A stretch of 64,000 bases of DNA from positions 15,486 through 79,485 of IMG/VR virus record IMGVR_UViG_3300023313_000003; one strand, written 5' to 3'. The notes under the pieces were generated by a model. It saw nothing but the letters and a program-made list of their open reading frames with translations. It was not told the origin of the DNA and ran no database searches. Positions 28,959 through 38,916 of the stretch are shown piece after piece. Positions within the stretch are counted from its first letter, which is position 1. Every line of letters starts with the position of its first letter. The stretch is from a virus. The translations under genes were made by a program, and so were the position numbers.

Positions 28959-29729
28959 TTACTGTTTATAGATAAAAATCTGTAGCTCAAAGCTAACCTT
29001 TTCACCTGGCAAGTGTTTAAATATGTAGTCGAAACAATTTTCTCCAGAACCATTATGATAAGGAAAGACTTTAGATGTTTTTGAATCTACTACAAAATCT
29101 TCTTTAGCTTTTAAAAACTTTAAATTTGTCCCACATATAAAATCAACATCTCCACCATAAATCTTAGGGATCAAAGGAGCTGCTACTATCCATAATCTAC
29201 AATTATTTAATATTTCAATGTTAGCTCTTAACTTACCTCCAACTAAAGCATAATCATTAGTTGGCCACCATCTTAATATAGTCTTACTACAATTGGCATC
29301 AGCATCGGCTTGATCTATACACAATGTATATCCATTAATATCGTCACCTTTATATAAAAATAAAGTAGAATGATTATAATCAGAACCATCAGGTTCTTTT
29401 TCATAGATAGAATTAAATGTTGATAGAGAAAACTCTAAACTTTGATTAAAAAAATGCCAACCTTCAGGGGCCATCTTAGCCATCGTATAAACTGCACCAT
29501 CTTGATCTGTAGATTGAATCTTTTTATTTGAATTAAGTTTATAATTGGTATTGAAATCAATAATATCAGCAGCATTTTTAGAATCATTCTTATCAAGTTC
29601 AACATGAAAAGTAAGACCTCCATCAATAAGGTAAATGAAGATGCTATCTATATCTTCATAAAATTGAATAGAGATCCCTTTAGATAAAGAAAGATCTCTT
29701 AAGAACACCCATGATACCATTTTATTCAT
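28959..29729 (-). CDS. Hypothetical virion-module protein; N-domain shared with 29731..30531
   Basis: V.W..L......SIQ.Y...D......DG..T...L.K.....AD..D..TNY is shared. Confidence 0.7.
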   Translation of the reverse strand: MNKMVSWVFLRDLSLSKGISIQFYEDIDSIFIYLIDGGLTFHVELDKNDSKNAADIIDFNTNYKLNSNKKIQSTDQDGAVYTMAKMAPEGWHFFNQSLEFSLSTFNSIYEKEPDGSDYNHSTLFLYKGDDINGYTLCIDQADADANCSKTILRWWPTNDYALVGGKLRANIEILNNCRLWIVAAPLIPKIYGGDVDFICGTNLKFLKAKEDFVVDSKTSKVFPYHNGSGENCFDYIFKHLPGEKVSFELQIFIYKQ

Positions 29730-29730
29730 A

Positions 29731-30531
29731 TTATAATCCTTTAAATTTATGGGCCATCATTCTAAAGTATTTAAGACCTTTTAAATCATCCTGAAGTTTT
29801 ACTGTGATTGAATCACCCTCTGCTAATTTAACAAAAGGAAAAAATTCTTTCTTAGATATAAACTTATCCTTACTATCTAACCAACCATCTTCATTATTAG
29901 CTCCATCATTATTATTCATATTATTAAATAATAATGATAAATCCATATTATTTTTTATGTTAAACATTACATGATTGATTGCGTTTATGTTTGCAGAGAT
30001 TTCTACACCATTCGATAGGCCATCATCAATAGCTCCAAAATCTTTAGGATCTAAAGAACCTTTGTCAATCATTAATATATCTAATGAAGTTAGATACCAC
30101 ATTTCGCCAACTGGAACTGTAATTGAATAGTTAATAGGAGCAGAAGAAGCATCTACGTCCATATCAACAGTTCCTCCAACAGAATCTAAAAAATATTCAG
30201 GCTGGTATAGTGCAGTAAAAGAAGGAACTGAAGTCTCAACTTTTAATCTATCTCCAATGTTTCCGATTAGAGTTAAATCTGTTCCACCTCTAATCTGCTT
30301 AGTATCTACTTGCTTATTGGCTAAACCAGTAGCTATATAATTTGTTTCTAAATCTAAAACATCAGCAGATTCAGCAGCATTGAATTTTGATAAAGTATGA
30401 CTTAAAGTAAAACTTCCATCAACTACAAAACAAAAATAATGATCGTCTAAATCATATACTTGTATTGATAAATTAGGTTTTGTATTAGCTACTGTTTTTA
30501 GTTGTAGCCATGTTACTTTCATTTGTGCCAT
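29731..30531 (-). CDS. Hypothetical virion-module protein (chimeric A-B architecture)
   Basis: N-domain shared with the 28959 ORF; C-domain shared with the 30541 ORF. Confidence 0.7.
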   Translation of the reverse strand: MAQMKVTWLQLKTVANTKPNLSIQVYDLDDHYFCFVVDGSFTLSHTLSKFNAAESADVLDLETNYIATGLANKQVDTKQIRGGTDLTLIGNIGDRLKVETSVPSFTALYQPEYFLDSVGGTVDMDVDASSAPINYSITVPVGEMWYLTSLDILMIDKGSLDPKDFGAIDDGLSNGVEISANINAINHVMFNIKNNMDLSLLFNNMNNNDGANNEDGWLDSKDKFISKKEFFPFVKLAEGDSITVKLQDDLKGLKYFRMMAHKFKGL

Positions 30532-30540
30532 TTTGTTCTC

Positions 30541-31542
30541 CTATGCTTGTTTCCAGTATCTTATTGAACTGGCCATTGTTTTTACTTTTGTTAATTTATC
30601 AGCAACAATCCATTTTATATAATCCCCATTACTACCTTTTAAAATGATAGGTTCTTTAAATTTTGAGAATCCTCTAAATTGATCTTTGCTATCTAAGAAT
30701 GAATCATCTCTATCACTAGCAGGAGATTCAAAAAAGGAAGCTAGGTCAAGGTTGTCTTTAATATTCATTATGTTATATACACTATTATTTGTTTTGATTT
30801 CTAAAGATAAACCATTAGTTAATTGCTTACCTATTGAAGCAAATACATCATATTTCATTGATCCTTTATCAATCATTATTAACGATAACTGATCGATTAG
30901 GATTACCTCTCCAGCGATAGGTGCAAATAAAAAATCAATCGGAAAACCTGATCCATCTACATTCATATATTTAGAAGCACCATTAACAAGCGGTTGGTAT
31001 TTATATACCTTTGGGAAGGATAACTGAGAGTTAAAAGAATCAACTCTTACATTTGTAGATCCATCACCATTTATATTTAATTCATTGAATCCATTACCTA
31101 TTCTAACTGAATCATAATTTCCGTTTGGTTGAACTACATGGTTTAAATCAACAGAGATCTCTGCATTAGAAATCCTAGCATCCAGAGTTGAAGCAACTGC
31201 ATTATCCGCAACTGAAGTAACCAATGCAAAACTAGCAGATCCCCCAACAACACTTATATTTACATTAAATAATGAATGAATATCTGAAAAAACTTTAGTA
31301 AAATAACCAACACCATTTGCTGATATAGTATCTAAAGTAATAAAAGGATAAGTAACAGAAAATCCATTATCTATCTGAGCTTGTACTATTGCTCCTGCTG
31401 TTATATTTTTAACAGCTATAGTAATTGTTATCCTTGATCCTGTTAAGACCTCAAAAGGTATAATTGAATTACCTGAGAATGAAGCTAGATCTAATAATAC
31501 GTTCGTATTATTTATCTTCAACTGTTTAGTTGTAAAATTCAT
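30541..31542 (-). CDS. Hypothetical virion-module protein (possible head fibre/decoration)
   Basis: C-domain M.VD.S..PI...P..GE...MIDKGS...NG..I...NIK.N.DL...LDSKD.F shared with the 29731 ORF. Confidence 0.7.
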   Translation of the reverse strand: MNFTTKQLKINNTNVLLDLASFSGNSIIPFEVLTGSRITITIAVKNITAGAIVQAQIDNGFSVTYPFITLDTISANGVGYFTKVFSDIHSLFNVNISVVGGSASFALVTSVADNAVASTLDARISNAEISVDLNHVVQPNGNYDSVRIGNGFNELNINGDGSTNVRVDSFNSQLSFPKVYKYQPLVNGASKYMNVDGSGFPIDFLFAPIAGEVILIDQLSLIMIDKGSMKYDVFASIGKQLTNGLSLEIKTNNSVYNIMNIKDNLDLASFFESPASDRDDSFLDSKDQFRGFSKFKEPIILKGSNGDYIKWIVADKLTKVKTMASSIRYWKQA

Positions 31543-31575
31543 AATTCCCTCTATACTAACTTCTTATTCTTATTT

Positions 31576-31809
31576 TTAAGAGAATTTAAACCTTCCACCT
31601 TTTTTATATCTTTTGTCTTTTTTAGGCTTAAGAACTTCTTCAAAAGAAGATCCATCTTCTTTAACTAGTTCAAAAAGATCAGGGTATTTTTGAGCCATGA
31701 CTTTCATTTTGTCTTCAGGGCCATTTAATAATTGACCATCTCTTAAATCAATATTAGTGCCTAATGCTTCTTTAGCTTTTTTACAATCGCCTTTTACTTT
31801 TATTAACAT
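31576..31809 (-). CDS. Small hypothetical protein after the capsid gene
   Basis: 77 aa with an AGGAG RBS. Confidence 0.7.
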   Translation of the reverse strand: MLIKVKGDCKKAKEALGTNIDLRDGQLLNGPEDKMKVMAQKYPDLFELVKEDGSSFEEVLKPKKDKRYKKGGRFKFS

Positions 31810-31825
31810 TACATACTCCTTAATG

Positions 31826-31863
31826 AAAAAAGGGTGGGTAAGTTTTAAAGCTCACCCACCCTT
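31826..31863 (-). terminator. Rho-independent terminator after the major capsid gene
   Basis: AAGGGTGGGT...ACCCACCCTT stem followed by T run. Confidence 0.85.
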
Positions 31864-31890
31864 GGATTCTAATTTTTTAAAAAGTTTCTA

Positions 31891-33297
31891 CTAAGCAAGA
31901 ATGTTGTAAATTATTGCAACAGAACTTTCTTGAGCATAATTTGAAGAATCTGCCTTCAAAACACCTTGGAAAGCTTTTCTACAAAAAGAAACTAAATCAA
32001 GAACATCATATTGAGTTCTATTTTTTTCAACTCTAACTTGAACAGCTCTTCTAAGACCTAAGAACCATCTTTTTCTGTTAACCATTATAACAGAAAGAAA
32101 GTTATTAGCTCCAGCAGTTACGTTTTTACCAGTTGAAGTTGTATCAGCTCTTAAATATTCAGATACGATTACTGGCGCACCTTCATATTTAGCAAGCTCA
32201 CCTGTAATTACAGTTCCTTTTGAACCATACTCATTAAGAGTACGAACATCAGCAAGTTGTAACATTTGATTATAACCTTTTGATTCTACAATGATAGCAA
32301 GTTGAGATGGATCAACACCAAATTTACCCATTTTTGAACGACAAGCACTCATTTCAGTTTCAGTTAGTTTTGCTCCACCAGCATTAACACTACCAGCAGC
32401 TCCAGCTCCTAAAGCTCTTTTTCTTAAACCATCAAAGAAATACTCAGGAGAGTCAGTGATAGCAGTAATTAAAGTGCCAGGTGTAACATCTGGAAGTTGT
32501 GATTCATCATGCATAACACCTAATGTATCACCTTCAAGAATAGCAATTTCGATTGCTTTTTCTTGACCTTCGATTAATTCTTGACGAATAACTTTAACTA
32601 CATCTGGAGCTGAATCTTCATTCAATTCTTCAGGTAGTTCATATTGGTTAGTCATTTTAACAGCATCAAACTGAATAGTTTTATCAGTTTTGAAAACTTG
32701 TGCTGGAGCTAATGCACTAATAGCACCAACTTTTCTAGCAATTGCACCACCAGTTAAAACTGGAAATCTATAAGGATTAGAAGGCATTTTAATTTCAGCA
32801 AATAATCCAGATACTTTTCTATCTAAATTAAATTCATCAATATAAGAATCAGAAACCATTGTAGGAATCCAATCAAAACCATCGTTACCTGTATTAATGC
32901 CAAAAGCTTTCATGTGAAAGTCTAATTCGTCATTAAAGAATGAAAGACTTTTAACATCTTCAGCAGAGATAGTTGAAGATTTACCTTCAGTTTCTCTAAA
33001 CTTTAGAATTTGTGCTGTAACAACAGCAACATCAACAGCTTCTTTTAAACTCTTGACTGCTTCAATTTCTTGTTTACCAAGGTAAGAATATTTCTTAGCA
33101 GAAGTATCAACTTTCATAAGATCGTTCATACTTTTAACACCAAAATTTCTTAAGTTCTTAACTAGAACTTCAGACATTTCACCTTTAGTTTGTCTCTTAG
33201 GAGTCGCACTTCTTTGAGTTGCGGCAACCTTTTTCTTGTTTGCTTTTTTCAAAGCTGCTTTAGCATTTTTTATTGCTAATTTTAATTCTTCGTTCAT
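31891..33297 (-). CDS. Major capsid protein (HK97 fold)
   Basis: G.D.IPT, ELPEELNEDS, E.AILEGD, FDGL and G.PVIVS motifs; follows protease and scaffold. Confidence 0.92.
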   Translation of the reverse strand: MNEELKLAIKNAKAALKKANKKKVAATQRSATPKRQTKGEMSEVLVKNLRNFGVKSMNDLMKVDTSAKKYSYLGKQEIEAVKSLKEAVDVAVVTAQILKFRETEGKSSTISAEDVKSLSFFNDELDFHMKAFGINTGNDGFDWIPTMVSDSYIDEFNLDRKVSGLFAEIKMPSNPYRFPVLTGGAIARKVGAISALAPAQVFKTDKTIQFDAVKMTNQYELPEELNEDSAPDVVKVIRQELIEGQEKAIEIAILEGDTLGVMHDESQLPDVTPGTLITAITDSPEYFFDGLRKRALGAGAAGSVNAGGAKLTETEMSACRSKMGKFGVDPSQLAIIVESKGYNQMLQLADVRTLNEYGSKGTVITGELAKYEGAPVIVSEYLRADTTSTGKNVTAGANNFLSVIMVNRKRWFLGLRRAVQVRVEKNRTQYDVLDLVSFCRKAFQGVLKADSSNYAQESSVAIIYNILA

Positions 33298-33343
33298 TTT
33301 TAGCTCCTATTCGATTTTTTTTTATTAAACGAGTTTCAGGTTA

Positions 33344-33354
33344 ATATATACAAC
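33344..33354 (-). promoter_or_regulatory. Putative late promoter GTTGTATATAT
   Basis: Motif copy upstream of the capsid gene. Confidence 0.65.
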
Positions 33355-33356
33355 AA

Positions 33357-33887
33357 TTAAACAGAAAGACCTTGTAAGTCTTCTGTAAGTTCAGCAAGAA
33401 GCTCAAGACCATCTTCGTCCGTCATTCCTTCAAACTCTTTTTCAGAATCATCTTCAGTCATATCTTCAGCAGAAGCTTCATCTTCACCACCTTCATCTTC
33501 GCTGTTTTCCATTGTAGTTAATGCTTGAACCATTTCTAAAAGAGAAGCCATTGCTTCAGCCATCATGTCTAATCTTTGAGACATTTCAACCATTGGATCT
33601 GCTTTTTCAGATTCCTCTTCTTTAGGATCATCCATTGGTTCATCCATTTCTTCTTCAGCTTCTTCTTCAGAAGCAGAATCATCTTGTTCAGATTCTTCTT
33701 CTTTAGGATTATCCATTGGTTCTGCTTTTTCTTCATCTTCTTCTTTAGGATTATCTTCTGATTCAGAATCTTCTTCTTCAGCATTATCCATTGGTTTAGC
33801 TGGCATTTCAGCTTTTAAATTCTTTAAAGATTTAGTTTTACTTCCTCTTAAAGATTTAATTAAATTTAATAATTCTTCTTTTTTCAT
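33357..33887 (-). CDS. Acidic scaffolding protein with PMD(N/D)PKEEE repeats
   Basis: Between protease and capsid; E/D-rich with a coiled-coil segment. Confidence 0.7.
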   Translation of the reverse strand: MKKEELLNLIKSLRGSKTKSLKNLKAEMPAKPMDNAEEEDSESEDNPKEEDEEKAEPMDNPKEEESEQDDSASEEEAEEEMDEPMDDPKEEESEKADPMVEMSQRLDMMAEAMASLLEMVQALTTMENSEDEGGEDEASAEDMTEDDSEKEFEGMTDEDGLELLAELTEDLQGLSV

Positions 33888-33902
33888 AATTGATTCCTTT
33901 TT

Positions 33903-34562
33903 TTATTGATTATTACCATTATTGGTTAAAACGTACTCTCCCATTAATTCTTTTAAAAACTCTCCAGTAACTTCTTCAGAAGGGTCAAGCAGAGAAATAG
34001 CTTCAGCTAGGAACTTCAAAGCACCTTCACTAAAATCCTTCTCTTGTTCTTCAGATTTTGCTTCTTGCTCTACCATTGAAAATTTAGCAGCAGTATTACA
34101 AGGTATTGAAACTATTGAGATTTCTAATAGTTCTATTTCTTTGACATAATTTGTTGCGCTGGCTTTATCCCAATCTGCATCAACTTCATTATATCCTATA
34201 GAGAAGGTGCATAAGATTCCTTCTTTAATTTTTAATCGAATATCTTCACAATCTTTAGAATTACTGATAACACAAATAACCTTAAGGCCACGTTCATCAA
34301 TACTCATTTCAGTAATTTTGCCAATTACTTTATCCCAATCATGCATATATAATAATATTGGATTATTTTGGTATTCTTTTAATGTTTTTTCAAAAGCTTC
34401 AGGAAGGACAACATCTCCAACTCTATCTCTATCTTTAGTATTCGCATAACCAGATATTTTGATTGTTCCATCTGCTGACTTCTGAACGCTTTTTGCGTCC
34501 CACTCTAAAGCACAATCTAATATTTTTGATTTTTTATTCTTAGTATTTGTTTTCTTAATCAT
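33903..34562 (-). CDS. Prohead protease (HK97 family)
   Basis: GYAN..DRVGD, LLYMHD, FSIGY and LLEISIVSIPCN. Confidence 0.95.
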   Translation of the reverse strand: MIKKTNTKNKKSKILDCALEWDAKSVQKSADGTIKISGYANTKDRDRVGDVVLPEAFEKTLKEYQNNPILLYMHDWDKVIGKITEMSIDERGLKVICVISNSKDCEDIRLKIKEGILCTFSIGYNEVDADWDKASATNYVKEIELLEISIVSIPCNTAAKFSMVEQEAKSEEQEKDFSEGALKFLAEAISLLDPSEEVTGEFLKELMGEYVLTNNGNNQ

Positions 34563-34586
34563 TTCGACTCCTAATGCTACAAGAAG

Positions 34587-34597
34587 ATATTTACAAC
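34587..34597 (-). promoter_or_regulatory. Putative late promoter GTTGTAAATAT
   Basis: Motif copy upstream of the protease. Confidence 0.65.
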
Positions 34598-34607
34598 TTT
34601 TCTATTT

Positions 34608-37223
34608 TTAGAAATTAAACATAAAATCAAAAGTATTTTGAGTCCGATCAATATCTAGTATATTGTCTATATAATTAGAGTCGCCTTTCATGTGGTAAAT
34701 AACTGAACATCTGCAATTTATAACTTCTTCTGCTGGGCCTTTTGCTTCTCTAGGGAAGTCTAATCCATTACTAAAAGACTTATCAGAGGCAACTTCTTCA
34801 CCATCTAAGATAACATGATTTGCTTTATCTCCATTTAAAGGACTTCTAACTTGTCCATCTTGTGCGGTTATCCAAGTTTTTAATAAGTTGTCTTTAAAAT
34901 TAGGAATTTCATTAGACAACTTTTCTACTTTTATACTTTGACCTTGAGAAACTGCTGTTAAAACTTCAGTTCTTGCTATAGTATTCGCTCTACCTTGTTT
35001 AATTTCATCAAAAGTTTCCTGTATCTTAAGAGATAATTCTTGAGAGGAGTCTTGAGCTTTAAAAGAATCGATAATAACCTTTTTTATTTGTTCTCTTGTT
35101 ACTTCAGTTACTCCTGTAATTTTTTCTGCTGCCCTTTTTTTTAACCAATTAGTAGCTAACTCATTAGGATATGAAGTTGCTTGTTTAGGTAAAGTTCTGG
35201 AGAATCCTAACTCCATAGCTGCTAAATCTGAATCTGAAACTTTTACACTTTCTATCTCTACAAATTGAAGAATCCAATCAAAAAGAGGAAGCCCTTCAAT
35301 ATCGCTATCATCTTTAGTTAAACTTTTAAAATCAATTTTATTTATATCTTCTAAAACTAAAACCTTCATTCTATCAAACATTTCTTGAACGTCTTTTAAC
35401 TTAGCTTCAATTAGAGGTTTAACTCCATCTCCAGTTAGTGCTTTACAATATTCTTGTAATTTTAATTCTTTCTCATTTAAGTTTTTTTTTTCTTCATCAT
35501 CTTGTGAAGCTTTAGGATTTTGTGATTCATCTTGAACTTCACTATTAGGCTTAACTGCTTCTGAGTTTTCTCCCCCTGGCGCAAGACCTTCAGCTACAAC
35601 TTGCTCTATGGCCGCGGTTAATGCTTGGCCTAATGGAACTCCTGAAGCAATTAAGATTCCTACTAGTTGAGAAAGTCTTTCCGCATAAGTAGCCCGAGTT
35701 GGTTCAATGTCTGATAATGTAGCTAAATCTGGTTGAGGAGCTTCAATCTTAGTTTCAATATCGTTTGGAGCAGAAGCTTCAGTATTAGAATCTGAAGAAG
35801 AACTGCCATACATATCTTGAGTGTTTAAAGTAGAAACAATTAAAGGAACTTGATTACCCATTTCTACTGCTGGTTTTTTCCAGATCTCTTGTCTGATTTC
35901 ATTTATTGACCATCCTGCTTTACTCATTAAGATTGCAGTTTCAGCCTTGTCTTTTATACTTTCTTGAAGAGCTTCAATCATAGAAGTATCAAAAGAAAAT
36001 TTAAGATTTCTTTCAACATTTAGAATATCTAAATCTAAGTTGAAAGCATCTTCAATAAACCTTTTCATAGGTATTACTGTATCTGTCCAAAAGATCTTTT
36101 CTTGAACTAAAGCGTTCGCATAAGTCGCTCCATCTAAGAGGCCAACTTTTACTGGTGGAACTCCATAAGCTGACAAAATTGGTTCTTTATTAAATTTAGA
36201 AAATTCAACCAAAGAAGTCTCGCCAGGGTTCTGTTCAATAGTTTGGTAATCCATACCTTCAGGAAGGATTAATGTCTTATGATGATTATTTTTTCCAGTG
36301 TAGTCATTTTCAAACGAACGAGTTAATCTTGTTAGCTGATCTTTAGTGAGTTTTTTAGTAGTTTTTATTACTCCACCAAGTCTTGCACCATTCTTATAAA
36401 ATCTAATCATGTGTTCTGAAGTGAATTTATCAATTAATACATGTTTAAGCACAGGAACAAGAGGAGCAAGCCCATTAAAAGCATCAGTAGGATTAGGAAG
36501 TCTAATATGAATTACTTCATCTAAAGTAAATTGATACATTCCATCTTCAGTTTGCATTGAGTACCCAACTAATTCATAAGTGTTACCATCAAATACAGGT
36601 TCAACTAGTGAGGAGTTAAGTCTATACATAGAATGTACGTTTGATTTTCTATGAGATCTTATTTGTTGTTCTAACGCAGAGACTGGCCTTGAATCTCCTT
36701 CAATTTCACCTTCTTTAGTTTTAAGAATAAAAGCTTGACCTGTAGCTAGAAGGTCAATTAAGACCAACATATAAAATTCAACAGGCAATTGAGATTGATT
36801 TGGGTAAGTTAGTAAATCATATTCTGGTTCTGCTGATGCATCTATCCAAGTTTCTTTGTAAGTAGTTGTTTCATTTCCTTTATCATCTGTAAGTATTTGT
36901 TTTTGTATCTTTCTTTTCTCTAATTTGATGGGAAGTGTTGAAATAGTCTTTGCAATTGTGTGAATTACTATAAAAACCCACGTTTCAGAGGCATAAAGAC
37001 GCTGTAAAGTCGCTGAATTGATCGTTTCACCAACAACCCCCATTATATCAGAAGAAGAGTTAGAACTGCCATTACTGTAGTTTTTAGTGTCTAAAGCCCT
37101 TAATTCTGCCTCTATATCGCTTTCATCTAGCTTATTCTCTAGTTCAAGTATCTTATTTTCCAAAATATCAATCTTATTCTCTTGTGGATTTTTTAAGATT
37201 GTTTTTTTTATTTGTTTAATCAT
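34608..37223 (-). CDS. Portal protein (HK97-type) fused to a MuF/SPP1 gp7-like minor head domain
   Basis: EVIHIR, GLAP, FYKNGA, YGVPP and SINEIR in the portal part; C-terminal RANTIARTE, KTW...D..VR, H...DG and EVINCRC in the MuF part. Confidence 0.92.
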   Translation of the reverse strand: MIKQIKKTILKNPQENKIDILENKILELENKLDESDIEAELRALDTKNYSNGSSNSSSDIMGVVGETINSATLQRLYASETWVFIVIHTIAKTISTLPIKLEKRKIQKQILTDDKGNETTTYKETWIDASAEPEYDLLTYPNQSQLPVEFYMLVLIDLLATGQAFILKTKEGEIEGDSRPVSALEQQIRSHRKSNVHSMYRLNSSLVEPVFDGNTYELVGYSMQTEDGMYQFTLDEVIHIRLPNPTDAFNGLAPLVPVLKHVLIDKFTSEHMIRFYKNGARLGGVIKTTKKLTKDQLTRLTRSFENDYTGKNNHHKTLILPEGMDYQTIEQNPGETSLVEFSKFNKEPILSAYGVPPVKVGLLDGATYANALVQEKIFWTDTVIPMKRFIEDAFNLDLDILNVERNLKFSFDTSMIEALQESIKDKAETAILMSKAGWSINEIRQEIWKKPAVEMGNQVPLIVSTLNTQDMYGSSSSDSNTEASAPNDIETKIEAPQPDLATLSDIEPTRATYAERLSQLVGILIASGVPLGQALTAAIEQVVAEGLAPGGENSEAVKPNSEVQDESQNPKASQDDEEKKNLNEKELKLQEYCKALTGDGVKPLIEAKLKDVQEMFDRMKVLVLEDINKIDFKSLTKDDSDIEGLPLFDWILQFVEIESVKVSDSDLAAMELGFSRTLPKQATSYPNELATNWLKKRAAEKITGVTEVTREQIKKVIIDSFKAQDSSQELSLKIQETFDEIKQGRANTIARTEVLTAVSQGQSIKVEKLSNEIPNFKDNLLKTWITAQDGQVRSPLNGDKANHVILDGEEVASDKSFSNGLDFPREAKGPAEEVINCRCSVIYHMKGDSNYIDNILDIDRTQNTFDFMFNF

Positions 37224-37266
37224 GAAGGCCCGCCGTTAATATTGATTTTAGCATAAATACATAATG

Positions 37267-37277
37267 ATATTTACAAC
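37267..37277 (-). promoter_or_regulatory. Putative late promoter GTTGTAAATAT (portal)
   Basis: Motif copy upstream of the portal gene. Confidence 0.65.
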
Positions 37278-37337
37278 TTTTATCACTATTATAATGCCTT
37301 ATACCCCTGAAACGTCAAATATTTGGGTTTAAGCTTT

Positions 37338-37348
37338 GTTGTAAATAT
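37338..37348 (+). promoter_or_regulatory. Putative late promoter GTTGTAAATAT (phosphoesterase)
   Basis: Same motif on the plus strand, oriented toward the 37387 ORF. Confidence 0.65.
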
Positions 37349-37386
37349 AAAGAACCAAAACAAAATAAACAAATCCAAGGAACATT

Positions 37387-38175
37387 ATGGCAGATTATTT
37401 TATCGAACCTCCAAAGAAAGGTGTAGACAAATATATGATCATGGGGGATCTTCACACAGATCAACTCAATTTAAAATGCTTCAAACTAGCAATAAAAACA
37501 GCAAAAATTCACAATGTTACAAACTTAATTGTTAATGGAGATCTTCTTGATGCAGTTTTCTTAATGGCTAAGAATGATTTGTACAAAAGGTGGATAAAAA
37601 GAATAGATGGAATAGAAGACTTTTTTATTCCAACAGCAGAGGCCGAGTTCGCATGGGGTAATTGGTTCTTCGATACCATGCAAAAGCAGTTTAAAAATAT
37701 AATCTATGTTGAAGGAAATCATGATTGGAGATATTTTAATTTCCAACAGCAAATAAATCACTGTTTCAGACATAATTTTGACGTAAAAACGCAACTCAAA
37801 TTAAAAGAAAGAGGAATTAAATATATTCATTACAATGATTGGATCAACTTAGGCCCACAACTAGCAATTACCCATGGAATGTACCATGGAACTTCAGCTT
37901 GCAAAAATCACATGTTGGCAGCAGGAACTTCAGTTATATTTTCTCATATCCATCAAGAGCAAGTTATGTCTTTTGTTAGAAGAGGCAACACTATTTCAGC
38001 TAGGAGTTTACCTTCAATGGCAGACTTAAATCCAGATTATATTAAGAACAGAGAAAACAATTGGTCACTTGGTTTTGGAGAGATTTATTTACTTCCTGAT
38101 GGAAATTGGAATTTTTACTGCTACACCATGTGGGACAATAAGATTGTTCTGCCAGGTGGAAAGATTCTTAAGTGA
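37387..38175 (+). CDS. Calcineurin-like metallophosphoesterase
   Basis: GDLH, NGDLLD, EGNHD, THG and SHIH motifs. Confidence 0.9.
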   Translation: MADYFIEPPKKGVDKYMIMGDLHTDQLNLKCFKLAIKTAKIHNVTNLIVNGDLLDAVFLMAKNDLYKRWIKRIDGIEDFFIPTAEAEFAWGNWFFDTMQKQFKNIIYVEGNHDWRYFNFQQQINHCFRHNFDVKTQLKLKERGIKYIHYNDWINLGPQLAITHGMYHGTSACKNHMLAAGTSVIFSHIHQEQVMSFVRRGNTISARSLPSMADLNPDYIKNRENNWSLGFGEIYLLPDGNWNFYCYTMWDNKIVLPGGKILK

Positions 38176-38486
38176 GACTACCTAAAACTTTAACTATATT
38201 TGGTGCAGAAGTTTTAATAATAAAAGTAAAAGATCTAACTGATGAACAAGAAAATAAAGTCGATGGATTATTTTTAATAGAATGTAATATTATTAAGATA
38301 GAAGCAGATTTAAGTGATGAAGATACTATTCACACCTTGCTTCATGAATTATTCCACGCAATGATAGTTAGAAATTCAATTAATCAAACAACACTCTCCC
38401 ATGATGTAGAAGAAATACTAGCAGATACTAATGCAACAATGATAACTGAATTATTTAATTTAAGGTTTAAAAGAAAGAAAAGTTAA
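38172..38486 (+). CDS. Small HEXXH metallopeptidase-like protein (ImmA/IrrE-like)
   Basis: TLLHELFHA and a downstream EE; GTGA overlap with the upstream gene. Confidence 0.75.
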   Translation: MRLPKTLTIFGAEVLIIKVKDLTDEQENKVDGLFLIECNIIKIEADLSDEDTIHTLLHELFHAMIVRNSINQTTLSHDVEEILADTNATMITELFNLRFKRKKS

Positions 38487-38680
38487 TCAATATTATATTC
38501 TTTCATTTGCTTTAAAGCTTCTTTGGTAGGCTTTAATTTATTGTATTTTTTAGGACTTTTTAGGTACTCTTCCATAAGAATTTTATGGCCATTTACTACT
38601 ATATATTCAGGCCTAAAGTTTTCTCTATATGGTATTTTATATATTTCTTTTATTTCATTACTGGTCTTAGATTTTCCCAT
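38483..38680 (-). CDS. Hypothetical protein
   Basis: ORF with GGAG RBS. Confidence 0.6.
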   Translation of the reverse strand: MGKSKTSNEIKEIYKIPYRENFRPEYIVVNGHKILMEEYLKSPKKYNKLKPTKEALKQMKEYNID

Positions 38681-38916
38681 CTTATTTCTCCTGTTGGAAA
38701 TACAGGAGTACCAATTAACTCCTGAACTTTGCTCATATCCATATTGACTGAATCTTTATTAAAAAGTTTACAAGTTTCACAATACATTTCTACTTTTTTC
38801 ATTTGTTCTTCTCTTACTCTATAAATGATTCCACCCCCTGCTCTATGACAAACAACACAATTAAAAGCTATTTCCATAAGTGAAGGGAAAGGATATATTT
38901 TTGCATCTTTATTCAA
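38650..38916 (-). CDS. Zinc-ribbon hypothetical protein
   Basis: CVVC...CETC. Confidence 0.6.
   Translation of the reverse strand: MNKDAKIYPFPSLMEIAFNCVVCHRAGGGIIYRVREEQMKKVEMYCETCKLFNKDSVNMDMSKVQELIGTPVFPTGEIRWENLRPVMK

Noticed and set aside
33560-33800. DNA repeats TTCTTCTTTAGGATTATC as a possible CRISPR array or VNTR
   Set aside because: They encode PMDNPKEEE protein repeats of the scaffold; no regular repeat-spacer structure.
7126-34449. Many 60-90 aa ORFs antisense to or in alternative frames of structural genes (e.g. 13849, 14182, 19944, 33569, 33922)
   Set aside because: No motifs or RBS; explained by codon bias of the overlapping real genes, unlike 57426..57905, which has family motifs.
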